A stretch of DNA of 64,000 bases from Squalus acanthias. Taxonomy: Eukaryota. Positions within the stretch are counted from its first letter, which is position 1; every line of letters starts with the position of its first letter. Made by a program: the position numbers and the translations under genes. The DNA lies in assembly GCA_030390025.1 (NCBI GenBank), contig CM059431.1, positions 135,038,001 through 135,102,000 of the forward strand, written 5' to 3'. Of the stretch, positions 11,575 through 23,999 are shown piece after piece. The notes below the pieces were generated by a model, which saw only the letters and a list, made by a program, of their open reading frames with translations, made no database searches and had not been told where the DNA came from.

Positions 11575-12675
11575 ATGAGTTTCCTCAACATGAGTGAGCA
11601 GCAGTGCCAAAGGAGGCTCAGCCTATCGCGCCAGGTCATTGCAGACACTTGCAGTTTACTGGAGCAAGACCTGCAGCCCAGAGGACCTGGCGGACACACC
11701 TTACCAGTGGCTGTCAAAGTCACCAGCACCCTCAACTTCTTCGCCTCAGGCTCCTTCCAGGGATCTGCAGCAGACATTTGCGGCATCTCACAGTCGGCTG
11801 CCCACAGATGCATCACCCAGGTCATTGATGCCATGTCTGACAAGTCATCCAATTATATCAACTTTGCCACTGATGACGCCAGTGTTACTGAGCGGGCGCT
11901 CGGCTTTGCCGCTCTGGCTGGCTTCCCACGGGTGCTGGGTGTCATCGACTGCACACATGTGGCTATCAGGGCACCCCATCATCACCCAGGAGTGTTTGTC
12001 AACCGCAAGGGCTTCCACTCCCTCAATGTGCAGCTTGTCTGCAACCATAGGAAGATCATCATTCATGTGGGCGCCAAATTCCCTGGCAGCTGTCATGACT
12101 CTTTCGTCCTACGCCAGTCCACCCTCCCTCAAGTCTTTGCACCACCAAACACACTTACTGGCTGGCTGCTTGGAGACAAGGGCTATCCACTGAAGACGTG
12201 GCTCATGACACCCTTCAGGAGGCCAAATACTGAGGCCGAGGAGAGATATAATGAAAGCCACATGTCCACCAGATGTGTTATAGAGCAGACAATAGGCATG
12301 CTGAAAATGCACTTCAGATGCCTTGACAGATCTGGAGGAGCCCTTCAGTATGCACCAGCCAGGGTCTCCAGAATCGTTGTGATCTGCTGCACCCTGCACA
12401 ACATAGTGCAGCAGCGAGGATTAGCGCTGCATGAGGAGCAAGGCACTGAGCACACAGCCTCTTCAGAGGAGGAGGAGGAGGAGCATCAGCTGGAAGACAA
12501 GGAGAAGCAGGAGGAACCTGAGGTCCAGATGCCACCAGCACCTGAGCACATTGCTGCCCAGGAGGCCAGTGATGACCTCATCCTGGCCAGATTTACTTTA
12601 CTTCATGCATTACACCCATATGGCTGCCACATGCTGCACCAGGTCCCCCCCCCTCCCACCACAACAACACCATAA
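11575..12675 (+). CDS. Harbinger (HARBI1-like) DDE transposase, open core
   Basis: 366-aa ORF with [66 protein letters not shown] and an acidic tail. The likely ancestral start, ATG 11374, is in frame but separated by two TAA codons (11464, 11479). Confidence 0.88.
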   Translation: MSFLNMSEQQCQRRLSLSRQVIADTCSLLEQDLQPRGPGGHTLPVAVKVTSTLNFFASGSFQGSAADICGISQSAAHRCITQVIDAMSDKSSNYINFATDDASVTERALGFAALAGFPRVLGVIDCTHVAIRAPHHHPGVFVNRKGFHSLNVQLVCNHRKIIIHVGAKFPGSCHDSFVLRQSTLPQVFAPPNTLTGWLLGDKGYPLKTWLMTPFRRPNTEAEERYNESHMSTRCVIEQTIGMLKMHFRCLDRSGGALQYAPARVSRIVVICCTLHNIVQQRGLALHEEQGTEHTASSEEEEEEHQLEDKEKQEEPEVQMPPAPEHIAAQEASDDLILARFTLLHALHPYGCHMLHQVPPPPTTTTP

Positions 12676-12861
12676 AGCATCCCTACAATAACCAGGCCAT
12701 TCCTTTCACACTGACCACCATTGCTGGAGGTAATGTTAGGTCTCACCCTTCACTCCAACTCACTAAGCCACTTCCAAAGTCGCAGACAGAATTGACCATG
12801 GTGAAAATGAAGAGTTTTATATGTGACATAAGAGTAACGGAACCTTAACAGAAACATTTAT

Positions 12862-14525
12862 TTAAACACCCATGTGCTTACCCTTGTGCATCTTTCTCTT
12901 ACGTGTGCTTCTACAAGGTGCAACCCCTGTGGCTTCAGCAGAGGTAGAGGCAGCCTGCTCACTTCCCTGCTGCCACTGCATAGACACTTTTAGCAGACAT
13001 CCTCTGGGTTTTGGAGCCTCTGGTGGCCCCACCAAAGTCTGCTCCTTCTGCGACTGTGCAGGGGCGGTCTCGACCATATCAATCCCAGGAGGCATCTGGG
13101 GCTCTGACTTTTCCCCTCTCACTGTCCTCCCTCTCATGGGCCACCCACACTTCCCTCCTAGCAAGGGGCTGGAGACTACCTTGCTGCACAGCAGTGGGGC
13201 TATGAGGAATCAAGTCTACACTGGCATCCCTCCTAGAGAGGAGGTCTATAACCTCTGCCATCTATTCTCCATAGAGACCATGTGCTCCTGTGAGTGGCAC
13301 ATTAGCTGCTCCATACAGGTGGCCATCCTTTCCGTGGAAGAGCCTACAGTCGCCATCACCTGCGACATGGTGCTGCTCATGTTGGAGATGGACTCCTCCA
13401 TTCTCTGCAAATTTGCAGACATCGTGGTCGCAAAACCTGTCAGAGCCTCCTACATTTCTTCCTGCACCACCAGGATTGCCCTCTTTCTGGATGGCCCCCG
13501 AGGCTCAGCGTCTGCATGCAGCTGAGCAGAGCTGGGAGCGTCCTGCACCCGCTGGCGAGGAGTCTCCACTGCTGTCCCTGTCTCCACCATCTGCTCTTGC
13601 TCACTTGTGACTTGTGAGACATCAGGTGACAACACTGCTCTATCTCGCGTGGGACCCACCGAAGTGTGCGTAACTGCGCTGGTGCTGGGTGCGCTTATGT
13701 CTGGTGACGATGCACCCTCAGAGGCTGGAGGCTCCTCTGAGGAGTCATCTTCCTCTTCCTCCAGGACAGTGGGGGCGGGGGGCTCTTGATGGACCTTTGG
13801 GAGTGTAAAGAGATGATTTCGAAATGTTATATCAAGAATGGCTAATGATACCATTGTGCACATGATGAACATTCACTCGCTGCTGACATCAATCCCCATA
13901 TGAGTGACTGCTGTATGCCATGTGGCTGTAAGAGATGTAATTCTGTCACCAGGTTGTTGAGATGGCCCTGTCTCTCCGTCTCCCACCTCCAGCTGCTCTG
14001 CAACTCCTGAGACATCCAGGGCGACCTCCACTGCTGGAGTTAAAGTGGCCAATGATGGAGGGCCACCTCCGGTTCTCTCCCTTTCCCTCTTATTGTGGGC
14101 TCGCTTCTCCTGCAAGGAGGGAAAGAAGAGAAGTTTGAGTGAGAGTGATGGAATGAGTGTAAGGAATGGATAGGTTACATGTTTAGAGGGTGACTATGAT
14201 GGAGTGGGGTGCCAATGCCAAGTGGCCTCCTTGTGTGTTGTTAGTTGGTATGATTGCATTAGGATGAGGCTGAATGTGAAGGGTGGTTAGTAAGATGGGG
14301 ATGTGATAATGTAGATAGAGAGAGAGGGATGGGTGGACATGCAAGGTATGTTGGTGTGAGTAATGATGTGCAGGAGTGGGCTTGGGAAGGCAGAGTGATG
14401 GGGATGTGATAAGAGGCACAGCAGGATGAAGTTGAGTGTGGCTTTGCACTCACCTTTCCTGATTTAATGAGATAATTGAAGCGCTTCTGGCACTGCACCC
14501 AGGTCCTCCTCACAACATCCCTGCC
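12862..14525 (-). pseudogene. Harbinger Myb/SANT-like DNA-binding protein gene (3 exons, 5' truncated)
   Basis: Exon 1 end RRTWVQCQKRFNYLIKSGK|GTGAGT (about 14454); exon 2 14109-13950 (EKRAHNKRERERTGGGPP), bounded by AG/GT; exon 3 from 13794, acidic and Ser/Pro-rich, ending in basic STRKRKMHK. Frameshifts present. Confidence 0.8.
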
Positions 14526-14528
14526 CTT

Positions 14529-14622
14529 CTCCAACAAGAGCGAGTTTAACCAATGCCCCTTGACATTCAACGGTATTACCATCATTGAATACGCCCACAA
14601 TCAACATCCTGGGAATCACCAT
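14529..14622 (+). mobile_element. Short LINE RT fragment
   Basis: Translates SNKSEFNQCPLTFNGITI, then after a frameshift TINILGITI, typical of the region downstream of a LINE RT domain. Confidence 0.55.
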
Positions 14623-15881
14623 TGTTGGACTTTCTCCTACTACTGTTCAGACCTCGAGAATTACAAATATGTGTAACAATGACAGATAAGTTTGTTATCA
14701 ATAAAAATGGTCTTTATTCACACTACAGTTTATTATCAACTCAAACTTACATAAAAATACTCCCAGCAATTTACATGCCCTACAGTTTACTCCAGCAATT
14801 TATATGCTCTACAGTTTCGTACATAAAAATACTCCCAGCAATGTATATACCCTATCATTTATTAATAAGTCAAACGTACATAAAATTACCCCCAGCAATA
14901 TATATATGCCCGATGTCCGACTTTCATGCATATACTCCTCCTCGGGTGATCAGTCCGAATCAGTGGTCGGCTTCAAGAGTCGACGGGCCAATCAAAACAG
15001 CTTCCTTTGTCCTTTGAATTTCTGAGCTTTTGTCTTTCCCCTTTACAATGCTCTCCTGCACGTTCTCCTCGTGTCTTCTCCTCGTGTCTTCTCCTCGTGT
15101 CTTCTCCTCGTGTCTTCTCCTCGTGTCTTTATAATGCTCTCCTGCATGTTCTCCTCGTGTCTTCTCCTCGTGTCTTTATAATGCTCTCCTGCACGTTCTC
15201 CTCGTGTCTTCTCCTCGTGTCTTTACAATGCTCTCCTGCATGTTCTCCTCGTGTCTTCTCCTCGTGTCTTTATAATGCTCTCCTGCTTTTAATGCTCTCC
15301 TGCACGTTCTTCTCGTGTCTTCTCCTCGTGTCTTTACAATGCTCTCCTGCACGTTCTCCTCGTGTCTTCTCCTCGTGTCTTCTCCTCGTGTCTTTATAAT
15401 GCTCTCCTGCACGTTCTCCTCGTGTCTTCTCCTCGTGTCTTTATAATGCTCTCCTGCACGTTCTCCTCATGTCTTTATAATGCTCTCCTGCACGTTCTCC
15501 TCGTGTCTTCTCCTCGTGTCTTTATAATGCTCTCCTGCATGTTCTCCTCGTGTCTTTTCCAGCTGCGTCCCTCTGATAAAGCTTCAAAGATCAATTCTCC
15601 AAATGCATGTTGCTCTGTTTCCTGATTGGAGCACCGGCTCATGTGATCCCAGGTATGCTTCCGCACACGCTGCGCCCCTGGGATCCGTGGGCCATTAGGC
15701 TGCCCTCCAGTATGCAGCGTTAAACAGCAAGTTCGCAAAGGAGGGGCCCCATTAGGTAAGTTCACATTCTTTTCGGATGCCAGCAGCGTACTCTGTAGGT
15801 ACGCCGCTGACCGCAAAATCCAGACCATTATAGTTCTGTGAGATTCTTCATTTAGACAGTTTGACATACTTTCCTCTAACA
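14623..15881 (-). mobile_element. Candidate solo LTR containing minisatellites
   Basis: TGTTGGA...TCTAACA inverted ends; on the minus strand CCAAT (about 15625), repeat block, then AATAAA (about 14713-14718). No clean TSD. Confidence 0.4.
15040..15556. repeat. Compound minisatellite: TTCTCCTCGTGTC (13 bp) interleaved with TTTATAATGCTCTCCTGCACG (21 bp)
   Basis: Directly visible tandem units, often forming a 47-bp higher-order unit. Confidence 0.95.
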
Positions 15882-16490
15882 TACCACATGAGCTATGTGG
15901 GAGTGTCATTTTTTTGTCATTCTGTTGCTGGCTGTGTGCTTGAAATAGGGACCATATTTTTGAGAACTTCTCTTGTTTTAATCTCTGTGAGTATATAAGT
16001 TTTTTTCTGCAATGGGTTTTGGTGATTCAATCCATATTGATTGGGGGACAGCCAAAGAGGGTCTGCTTGCTGTCACTTCAGGCGGTTCCTCACTGCAGTC
16101 AGGAGAAAGCTCAGGAATTTTCTCATTCTCAGTTCTGGGGGAATTACTAAGGAAGACCCAGGGAAGAATATGTTGGGTTTATGTTAGTTAATTTAATTTT
16201 AATTTTGTGCAGCATATTTTGATTGCAGAGCTGGATTTTTTGGCATTTACAGGATTGTCTTTCCCACTGCCTCTCCAAAATTCTGCTTGGACTCAGAGTT
16301 CCAGTTGTGTGAACTAGAGGGAGTAAGCTATGTTTAGAAGTTAATTTTAATTTGCCCTTCTTTTAATTTGTTGCAGGTTGAGATTGTGTGCACTGCCTCA
16401 CAGATGGATTCTAATTCGTCATCAGAGAGAGATCGCTCGCATGCTCTTCCTCGGGCTCTTTTTGTTGCCTTTGTATTTCCTAAGCACTAA

Positions 16491-18266
16491 GGCCGGAATT
16501 TTCCTGGTGCTCAGTGGATGGGATTGGTGCCGGGTCAGCAGTGAAATTTGATTTGATTGACAGCGGGTCTGGAACCTGCTGTCAAATCGCGCATATTTGC
16601 GTTTCCCAATGTCGGGTCTGCCAGCGCTGAGCAGACCCAACCGGCAGCGACGGGGGACCTAATTTAAACAATTATTGGCTTGTTGACAAGCCCTTAAGAT
16701 TGAATTTAATCTTACCTTTTGATTTTAACAGCTCGCCCATGGCTTCCACGCTGCTCCTCGACCCCGTCTGTTAATCTGAGGTGGAAGTGAGTGGCCATTG
16801 AATCAGCTGATGAGTGAAAGCTTGAAATGTAATATAAAAGCTTCCACTTCACACCAGTTCACTTTCCAAGCACAGAGGCTGTTGCTTTCTCCCTTTGGAA
16901 CGCAGATTGAGCTTAATGCTGGCTGCAAGTGTTTGGAGCAAACTCTCCAGCCAGTGTCACCTCAATGCAGCAACCTCTCTCACCATTGACAGATTGCTTC
17001 TGTCATCTCCACTTCAACTGCTATCTACTCCATCAGCATGGGTACCATTTACACTCTCTCACCTTGATCCTCAGAATCTGACCACAATGAACCCCAACAC
17101 CAGGTACACCAGCAGCACCAACAACAACACCAAACTTCTCCGCAGTCAACTGATACTGCACAGGACAGAGGGCATCAGCACCCAACCACATTGCTGCCCG
17201 GGAGGCCAGGGATGGCCTCACCATGGCCAGATTTACTTCACTTGATGCTGTACACCTTGGCTGTCACATGATGCGCCAGGTTGGCACCACCCCACACCAA
17301 CACCATAAAGCATCCCTACAATGACCAAGCCATTCCTTTCACACTCATCACCATTGCGGGGGGTACCGTTATGTCTCACCATTCACTACAACTCACTAAG
17401 CCACTTCCAAAGGTGCACACAAATCTGTCCAAGAACGCAAAGTGTTCAAAATAAAGGTTTTAATATTTGACAGCACATTAACAGAAACTTTACATGAACA
17501 TTGGATAAAACACCCAAGTAGCTACCCTTGTGTGTTGTTAGTTGGTATGATTGCACTAGGATGAGGGTGAGTGTGAGGGTTTGCGAATGAGATGGGGATG
17601 TGATAATATAGATAGAGAGGGACGGGTGGAAGTGCAAGGCAAGTTGATGTGAGTAAGGATGTGCAGGAGTAGGGTAGGGAAGGCAGAATGATGGGGATGT
17701 GATGAGAGGCACAGGAGGATGAGGTTGAGTGTGGCTTTGTACTAACATTTTGTGATCTACTGAGATCACTGAAACATTTGCACCACTGCACCCAGGTCTT
17801 CCTGACGACATCCCTGCTTGTGCCCTCCTCTGCAATGTGCAACCAGGCTGTGTTGGTCTCCTGGGGCGGTGTCTTCTGCCCATGGGAAGGGAAGAGGACC
17901 TACCTGTGTGCTCAGACTCCCTCCATAAGCATATGGAGGGAGTCATGGCAGAGTCTGGGTGCAGCCATGTGCCTTTGTACAGTCATTGTCAGTGTTTGCA
18001 GCACCTCAATGGTACAGAACACTGACAGCACAAATGTCAAGACAAATGTGGCCATGGTCCCTTTAAGGAAACCGGCTGATGATGCGTCATCAAATGACGT
18101 CACCAGACCCGCTTCCTCTAATTGGCTGGGAAAGGTGCTGGGCGGGTTTGACAAGCCCAATCAAGGGAAATTCATTTCACACAGCGGGCTGGAGCCAACA
18201 GCGTGGCTGCGACCTGCCACCGACATTGCCCGCAATGGACCCACCAAGATTAGGAAAATCGCAGCC
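16491..18266 (+). mobile_element. Non-autonomous Harbinger deletion derivative
   Basis: TIRs GGCCGGAATTTTCC / GGAAAATCGCAGCC. Colinear with the 10827 element but lacks the transposase core and Myb exons 2-3; keeps Myb exon 1. Confidence 0.85.
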
Positions 18267-19560
18267 ATAGAAACAAAAATAGCATATCCCCATGTAACCA
18301 ATTTGATTGTGTCTCTACGGGAGGAAAAGACATTTTCTAGTGTTGTGTGTGGCCAGGCATCTATCGCCCACTGCTATACATGGATAGGAAGTATCTTATT
18401 TGTAGGTAATGGAATGCATCATTCAGGCTGGATTATTATATGGTTTAGAAAGAAGAAGCAAAAGTAATTGTTGGTCCCTCAGAGGCTGAGACAGGTGAAA
18501 TTATACTGGGAAATAAGGAAATGGCAGAGACATTAACCAAATATTTTGTATCTGCCTTCACAGTAGAAGAGACAAAAAGCATACCAAAAATAGTGGGGAA
18601 CCAAGGGGCTAATAAGAGTGAGGAACTTAAAGTAATGAATATCAGTAGAGAAAAAGTACTTGAGAAACTAATGGGACTAAAAGCCGACAAATCCCCTGAA
18701 TCTGATGGTCTACATCCTAGGGTTCAAAAGAGGTGGCTGCAGAGATAGTGGATGCATTGGTTGTGATCTTCCAAAATTCCCTAGATTCTGGAACAGTCCC
18801 AGTGGATTGGAAGGTCGCAAATGTAACAGCGCTATTCAAGAAAGGAGCGAGAGAGAAAACAGGGAACTGCAGGCCAGTTAGCCTGACATCAGTCGTCAGG
18901 AAAATGCTTGAATCCATTATTAAGGAAGTGGTAACAGGGCATTTAGAAAATCATAACATGATTAGGCAGAGTCAACATGGTTTTATGAAAGAGAAATCAT
19001 GTTTAACAAATTTATTAGAGTTTTTTGAGGATGTAACTAGCAGGGTAGATAAAGGGGAACCAGTGGATGTAGTATATTTGGATTTCCAAAAGGCATTCGA
19101 TAAGGTGCCACATAAAAGGTTGCTATGCAAGATAAGGACTCATGGGGTTGGGGGTAATATATTAGCATGGGTAGAGGATTGGTTAACGGACAGAAAACAG
19201 AGAGTAGGGATAAATGGGTCATTTTCTGGTTGACAGGCTGTAACTAGTGGGGTTCTGCAAGGATCAGTGCTGGGGCCTCAGCTATTTACAATCTATATTA
19301 ATGACTGAGATGAAGGGACTAAGTGCAAAGTATCCAATTTTGCTGACGATACAAAGCTAGGTGGGAAAGTAAGCTGTGAGGAGGACACAAATAGCCTGCA
19401 AAGGGATATAGACATGTTAAGTGAGTGGGCATTAAGGTAGCAGATGGAGTGTAATGTATGGAAATGTGAGGTTGTTAACTTTGTTAGGAAGAATAAAAAA
19501 ACAGAATATTTTTTAAATGGTGAGAAACTATTAAATGTTGGTCTTCAGAGAGATTTAGGT

Positions 19561-20034
19561 GTCAGCTGTGGCTCAGTGGGTAGCACTTTCACCTCTGAGT
19601 CCGAAGATTGTGGGTTCATTGTCCCACTCCAGACACTTGAGCACAAAAATCTAGGCTGATACTCCAGTGCAGTGCTGAGGGAGTGCTGCACTGTTGGAGG
19701 TGCCGTCTTTCAGATGAGATGTTAAACCGAGGCCCGGTCTGCTCTCTCAGGTGGACGCAAAAGATCCCATGGCACTATTTTGAAGAAGAGCAGGGGAGTT
19801 ATCCCCGGTGTCCTGGCCAATATTTATCCCTCAATCAACACAACAAAAACAGATTATCTGGTCATTATCACATTGCTGTTTGTGGGAGCTTGCTGTGCGC
19901 AAATTTGCTGCCACATTTCATACATTACAACAGTGACTACACTTCAAAAGTACTTCATTGGCTGTAAAGCACTTTCGGACATCCGGTGGTCGTGAAAGAC
20001 GCTATATAAATGCAAGTCTTTCTTTTTCTTTCTT
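19561..20034 (+). mobile_element. Full-length DeuSINE (SacSINE1-like)
   Basis: tRNA-like head with A box TGGCTCAGTGG and B-box-like GGTTCA; Deu-domain core (GATGAGATGTTAAACCGAGG...AAAGATCCCATGGCACTATT...CCCCGGTGTCCTGGCCAA); tail GCTATATAAATGCAAG(TCTT)n. Confidence 0.88.
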
Positions 20035-20574
20035 GCCTCGTACAGGAAACACAGAAAGTTAGCATGCAGGTACAGCAAGCAATTAGGAAGGCAAATGGAA
20101 TGTTGGCCTTTATTGCAAGGGGTTTGGAGTACAAGAGTAAGGAAGTCTTACTACAATTGTTCAGGGCTTTGGTGAGACCACACACCTGGAGTACTGTGCA
20201 CTGTTTTGGTTTCCTTATCTGAGGAAGGACATACTTGCCATAGAGGTGGTACAACAAAGTTTCACTAGATTGATCCCTGGGTTGAGAGGGTTGTCCTATG
20301 AGGAGAGATTGAGTAGATTGGGCCTATGCTCTCTGGAGTTTAGAAGAATGAGAGGTGATTTAATTGAAACATACAAGATACTGGGGGGCGGTGAGATTGA
20401 CAGCGTAGATGTTGAGAGGTTGTTTCCCCTGTCTGGAGAGTCTAGAACAAGGGGGCATAGTTTCAGGATAAGGGGTAGGCCATTTAAGACTGAGATGAGG
20501 AGGAATTTCTTCACTCAAAGGGTTGTGAATCTTTGGAATTCTCTACCCCAAAGGGCTGTGAATGCTGAGTTGTT

Positions 20575-21250
20575 GGGCTGGATTTTCATTGACCCGTGGA
20601 GGTGGGTTTGGAGGCATGTGGGGGGTTAAAATTGCGAAAAATGGCAGGGCGGGCACATGCCCGCCTCCATCCCGCCTCCATGCAATTTTCATTAAATCGT
20701 GTCTGCTGGTCCCGATTAGAGGCGGGATAGGCTGTTAAGGCCCTTAACAAGCACTAAATTGCCTCTATAATGCCATTTTGAAAGGACTTTGTGATTTTAA
20801 CCCTTTTTCTACGTGAAGCACGCCTGTTCTGAACCACGAATGTGAAACCTGGCGGGAGCACATTTGGATGGCTGGCTGGCTGGCTGGCTGGATGGATGGA
20901 TGGATGACATATCTGGGAGTGGTGGTGGATGGGAGACACATCTGGGAGTGGTGGTGCAAAAATATCTGGGAGCAGACTTATGGCTGCTGCTGCTCATTTT
21001 GCATCCAGGTCCTCTCACAGCAAAGGCCAGGCAGTCTTTGCAGACCTTCAATGCAGCAGCAATGATGACATCATCAGAGGCGACTTTCAGACTGAAAACA
21101 CTAATTGGGTCATGGGTTCCCACATGCTGGAACTCAATTGCCCAATTAGGTGAAAATCGCATCAATCTCCCACATCCAATTGCAGTCGGGTGGATAACAC
21201 GAAAAGTGGGTAACACGACCCCAACCCGCCCCAGTATCAAAATCCAGCCC
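20575..21250. mobile_element. Harbinger MITE inside CR1
   Basis: Perfect 12-bp TIR GGGCTGGATTTT/AAAATCCAGCCC; GTT/GTT TSD; internal (GGCT/GGAT)n. Sister copy at 57509-58276. Confidence 0.9.
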
Positions 21251-21427
21251 GTTGAGTATATTCAAGGCCGAGATAAATAGATTTTTGGATTCTAGGAGAA
21301 TCAAGGATATGGGGATCGGGCGGGAAAGTGGAGTTGAAGTCGAAGATCAGCCATGATCTTATTGAATGGCGGAGCAGGCTCGAAGGGCCAAATGGCCTAC
21401 TCCAGCTCCTAATTCTTATGTTCTTAC

Positions 21428-21893
21428 GAAAGAAAGAAAGAAAGATTTGCAATTATATAGCGCCTTTCAGGACCTCAGGACGTCCCAAAGCGTTTTACAA
21501 CCAATGAAGTACTTTTGAAGTGTAGTCACTGTTGTAATGTAGGAAATGTGGCAGCCAATTTGTGCACAGCAAGCTCCCACAAACAGCAATGTGATAATGA
21601 CCAGATAATCTGTTTTTTTTAGTGATGTTGATTGAGGGATAAATATTGACCAGGACACCGTGGATAACTCCCCTGCTTTTCTTCACAATAGTGTCATGCC
21701 ATCTGAATGAGCAGACACAGCCTCCGTTTAACGTCTCATTCGAAAGACGGCACCTCCGACACTGCAGCACTTCCTCAGTACTGCCTGGAGTGTCAGCATG
21801 GATTTTTGTGCTCATATCTATGGAGTGGGATTTGTTAACCTACAACGTTCTGACTTAGAGGCGAGAGTGCTACCCACTGAGCCACAGCCGACA
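21428..21893 (-). mobile_element. DeuSINE (SacSINE1-like)
   Basis: Reverse complement of the 19561 copy, tail-to-tail with the CR1 end. Confidence 0.88.
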
Positions 21894-22593
21894 CAATTTA
21901 AAGTATGTCAAAAGATTTGATAACTCGGTTGTTGATAATTTTTGAATTTCTCCCCCCCCCCCCTCCCCTCCCCACCAATTTCCTGAACTTGCCCACCATC
22001 CAATTCTACCGTCCTCAAGGTAGTGGCTCTTGCTGGTTCTGTAGGTACCCCATCCTGCTGTACCTCACCAAAGTGGTAATTCTTTATGTGTGAAAATGAA
22101 TGTCGGCAGGGTGTTTGATGGTGGGAGGCATTATAGCCTAACCTCACCCTGTCCCTATCCAATATCTATGCACATTTACTTTCCAACAGAGATTGCTAGA
22201 TAATAATCATGAACAGAAAACCTGGCTAACGTTATTCCTCTTCCTAGCTCTGGAATGCTGATGCCAGATCGTAGCATCCCAATGCTTTCCTCAGCAGAGG
22301 CAAAGGACTAAGCTTTGTCTGTATGGCCCTTTATTACATCAGGCAATATAATTATCCAATGAATCAACATGAGAGCTCTCACTCATCTTTTCATGCCTTT
22401 GTCTTTCCAGGACTCAAAGCTTTCCCAATCACTGTAGGTGGGACATTGGGGTTGTGCATATAAGTGCTACTGTTGACATTCTTCGAGGAATGTGATTGTG
22501 GTGGCATAGATCTGGATATGGTGGTCTAGGCTAGTGGTTGAGGCTGGAGCATAGGTAGTTGGGAAGGCACTGGTTCATGGCACTGTCTGGATA

Positions 22594-22721
22594 ATCATAG
22601 AATGATAGAATCTTATAGCACAGAAGGAGGCTATTCAGCCTATTATCTTAAATCTGTGTCCTCTGGTTATCGACCCTCCTGCTAGTAGAAACTGTTTCTC
22701 CCTATCTACTGTATCAAAACA
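22594..22721 (-). mobile_element. CR1 3' tail fragment
   Basis: (ATAGAAT)n tail and 3' UTR similarity in reverse orientation. Confidence 0.6.
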
Positions 22722-23999
22722 CTCACAAGATTAAGAAGAGCCTTTCAAACAAGACCACTGAAGACCATTTACTTTATCCACTGCTTTAAGATATTTTACA
22801 GTTCACTGGGCTGACTATGATGCTAATTTAAAGCAGAAATTATAGTACTATAGCAAGCAGTAAGGCCAAACAAAAGTGTAAATTCCATGTAAAATGTTAT
22901 GATGGAAATCAGGTAGAGATTTATATTATTCTTTAAAACTGTAGAAATAAAAAGAAAAATATGAATATTGGAAATTTGGAATAAAAACAGTATTGCTAGG
23001 AAAACATATTGATGAATGTTTCTGCCTAAAATGTTAATCTGTTTTTCTCTTTCGCCTGCTTTATATTTTCAGCATTTTGTGTTTTTATTCTTTAGCAATG
23101 ATTGAACTCTGAGATGTATATGCATAAGGAGATGAGAAGGCTGTGAGTGCATAAAGAGCTGTATTTGTTAAATTCAGTTTAGAGTTTTCCCACCGCATCA
23201 CCCCCACCCCCACCCCCCGACCCCCTGCAGAAGAAATGCACGTGCACTGTTTTAAAATGGTCAATATGTTGATGGAACTTGTCCTAGCAAACCTTTATGT
23301 TTCTAATGAACCTTTATTTCCCATTGTCAGTCTTGGTTTAGCTTTGTTTTTGTTTTTCATCTGTAAAGTAATTAAAAATCTAGCTACATTCTTTATGTGA
23401 TTTCTCTCTTCTGCTTCATGCTTGGGTCACACAAAAGGGTGGCAAATGATGCAATAGAAGAAGGATGGTGAGTGAAACCAGCAAAATCACATATTAATCT
23501 GTTGGAGTAGACCTATACCACATTGGAAGCATTGTAAATAGTTTCATATTTCTTCATGGATTGCTTAAAAGTTAACAATATCAACAGCTCTTAATAGTAA
23601 TAGTTACGTAATGTAGAAGTGTGGCATATTAAGTGGCACTATAGCTACAGTTAATGACAATTATTTCACCAATATTTGTACATTTTTAATGCAACTACTT
23701 ATTTAAACTCCCTTCTTAGTTAAGGCAAATTTCACCTTTTTAAGGCTATTTTTAGTCTGGGATAGTTGTCCAACATGCTCTTTCATTCAATCGGCGATTA
23801 CATAAAAATCTGTTTTGGTGCTGCACTGCAAACTTTGCATTCTGGTTAAAGGAGGTTATGTTTGATTTCTACTTTATTACTATCACATTATAGACATTGT
23901 GTTGAACCTGGTCCTGTGAATTTACATAGTATAAATTTGAAAAGATGGTACACATTGGAATCCAAACGGAAACTGTACATTCACTAGTCCAGGAAAAAT

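Larger units (their letters stand above)
10827..14528 (+). mobile_element. PIF/Harbinger DNA transposon, autonomous-type (transposase + Myb/SANT gene), right end lost
   Basis: Left TIR GGCTGGAATTTTCC at 10827; transposase on +; convergent spliced Myb-like gene on -; truncated inside Myb exon 1. Confidence 0.9.
18448..21427 (+). mobile_element. CR1 LINE, 5'-truncated (RT and 3' tail)
   Basis: DWKVANVT, RPVSLTS, YLDFQKAFDKVPH, FADD, FFTQRVVNLWNSLP and a TTCTTATG-type tail. Hosts a SINE and a MITE. Confidence 0.92.

Noticed and set aside
11575..12675. Host gene HARBI1
   Set aside because: It sits behind a TIR with a Myb partner and has several decayed paralogs in the window, so it is a transposon copy.
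12872..13525. 217-aa + strand ORF
   Set aside because: Antisense shadow of Myb-gene exon 3 with no recognisable domain.
15007..15909. Repetitive ORFs over the minisatellite
   Set aside because: The frames are open only because of the tandem repeat.
17778..18467. 229-aa ORF
   Set aside because: It runs antisense across Myb exon 1 and through the TIR into flanking DNA, so it is a chance frame.
19561..19640. tRNA gene
   Set aside because: The A/B boxes belong to a SINE head continuous with the Deu core; no intact cloverleaf is evident.
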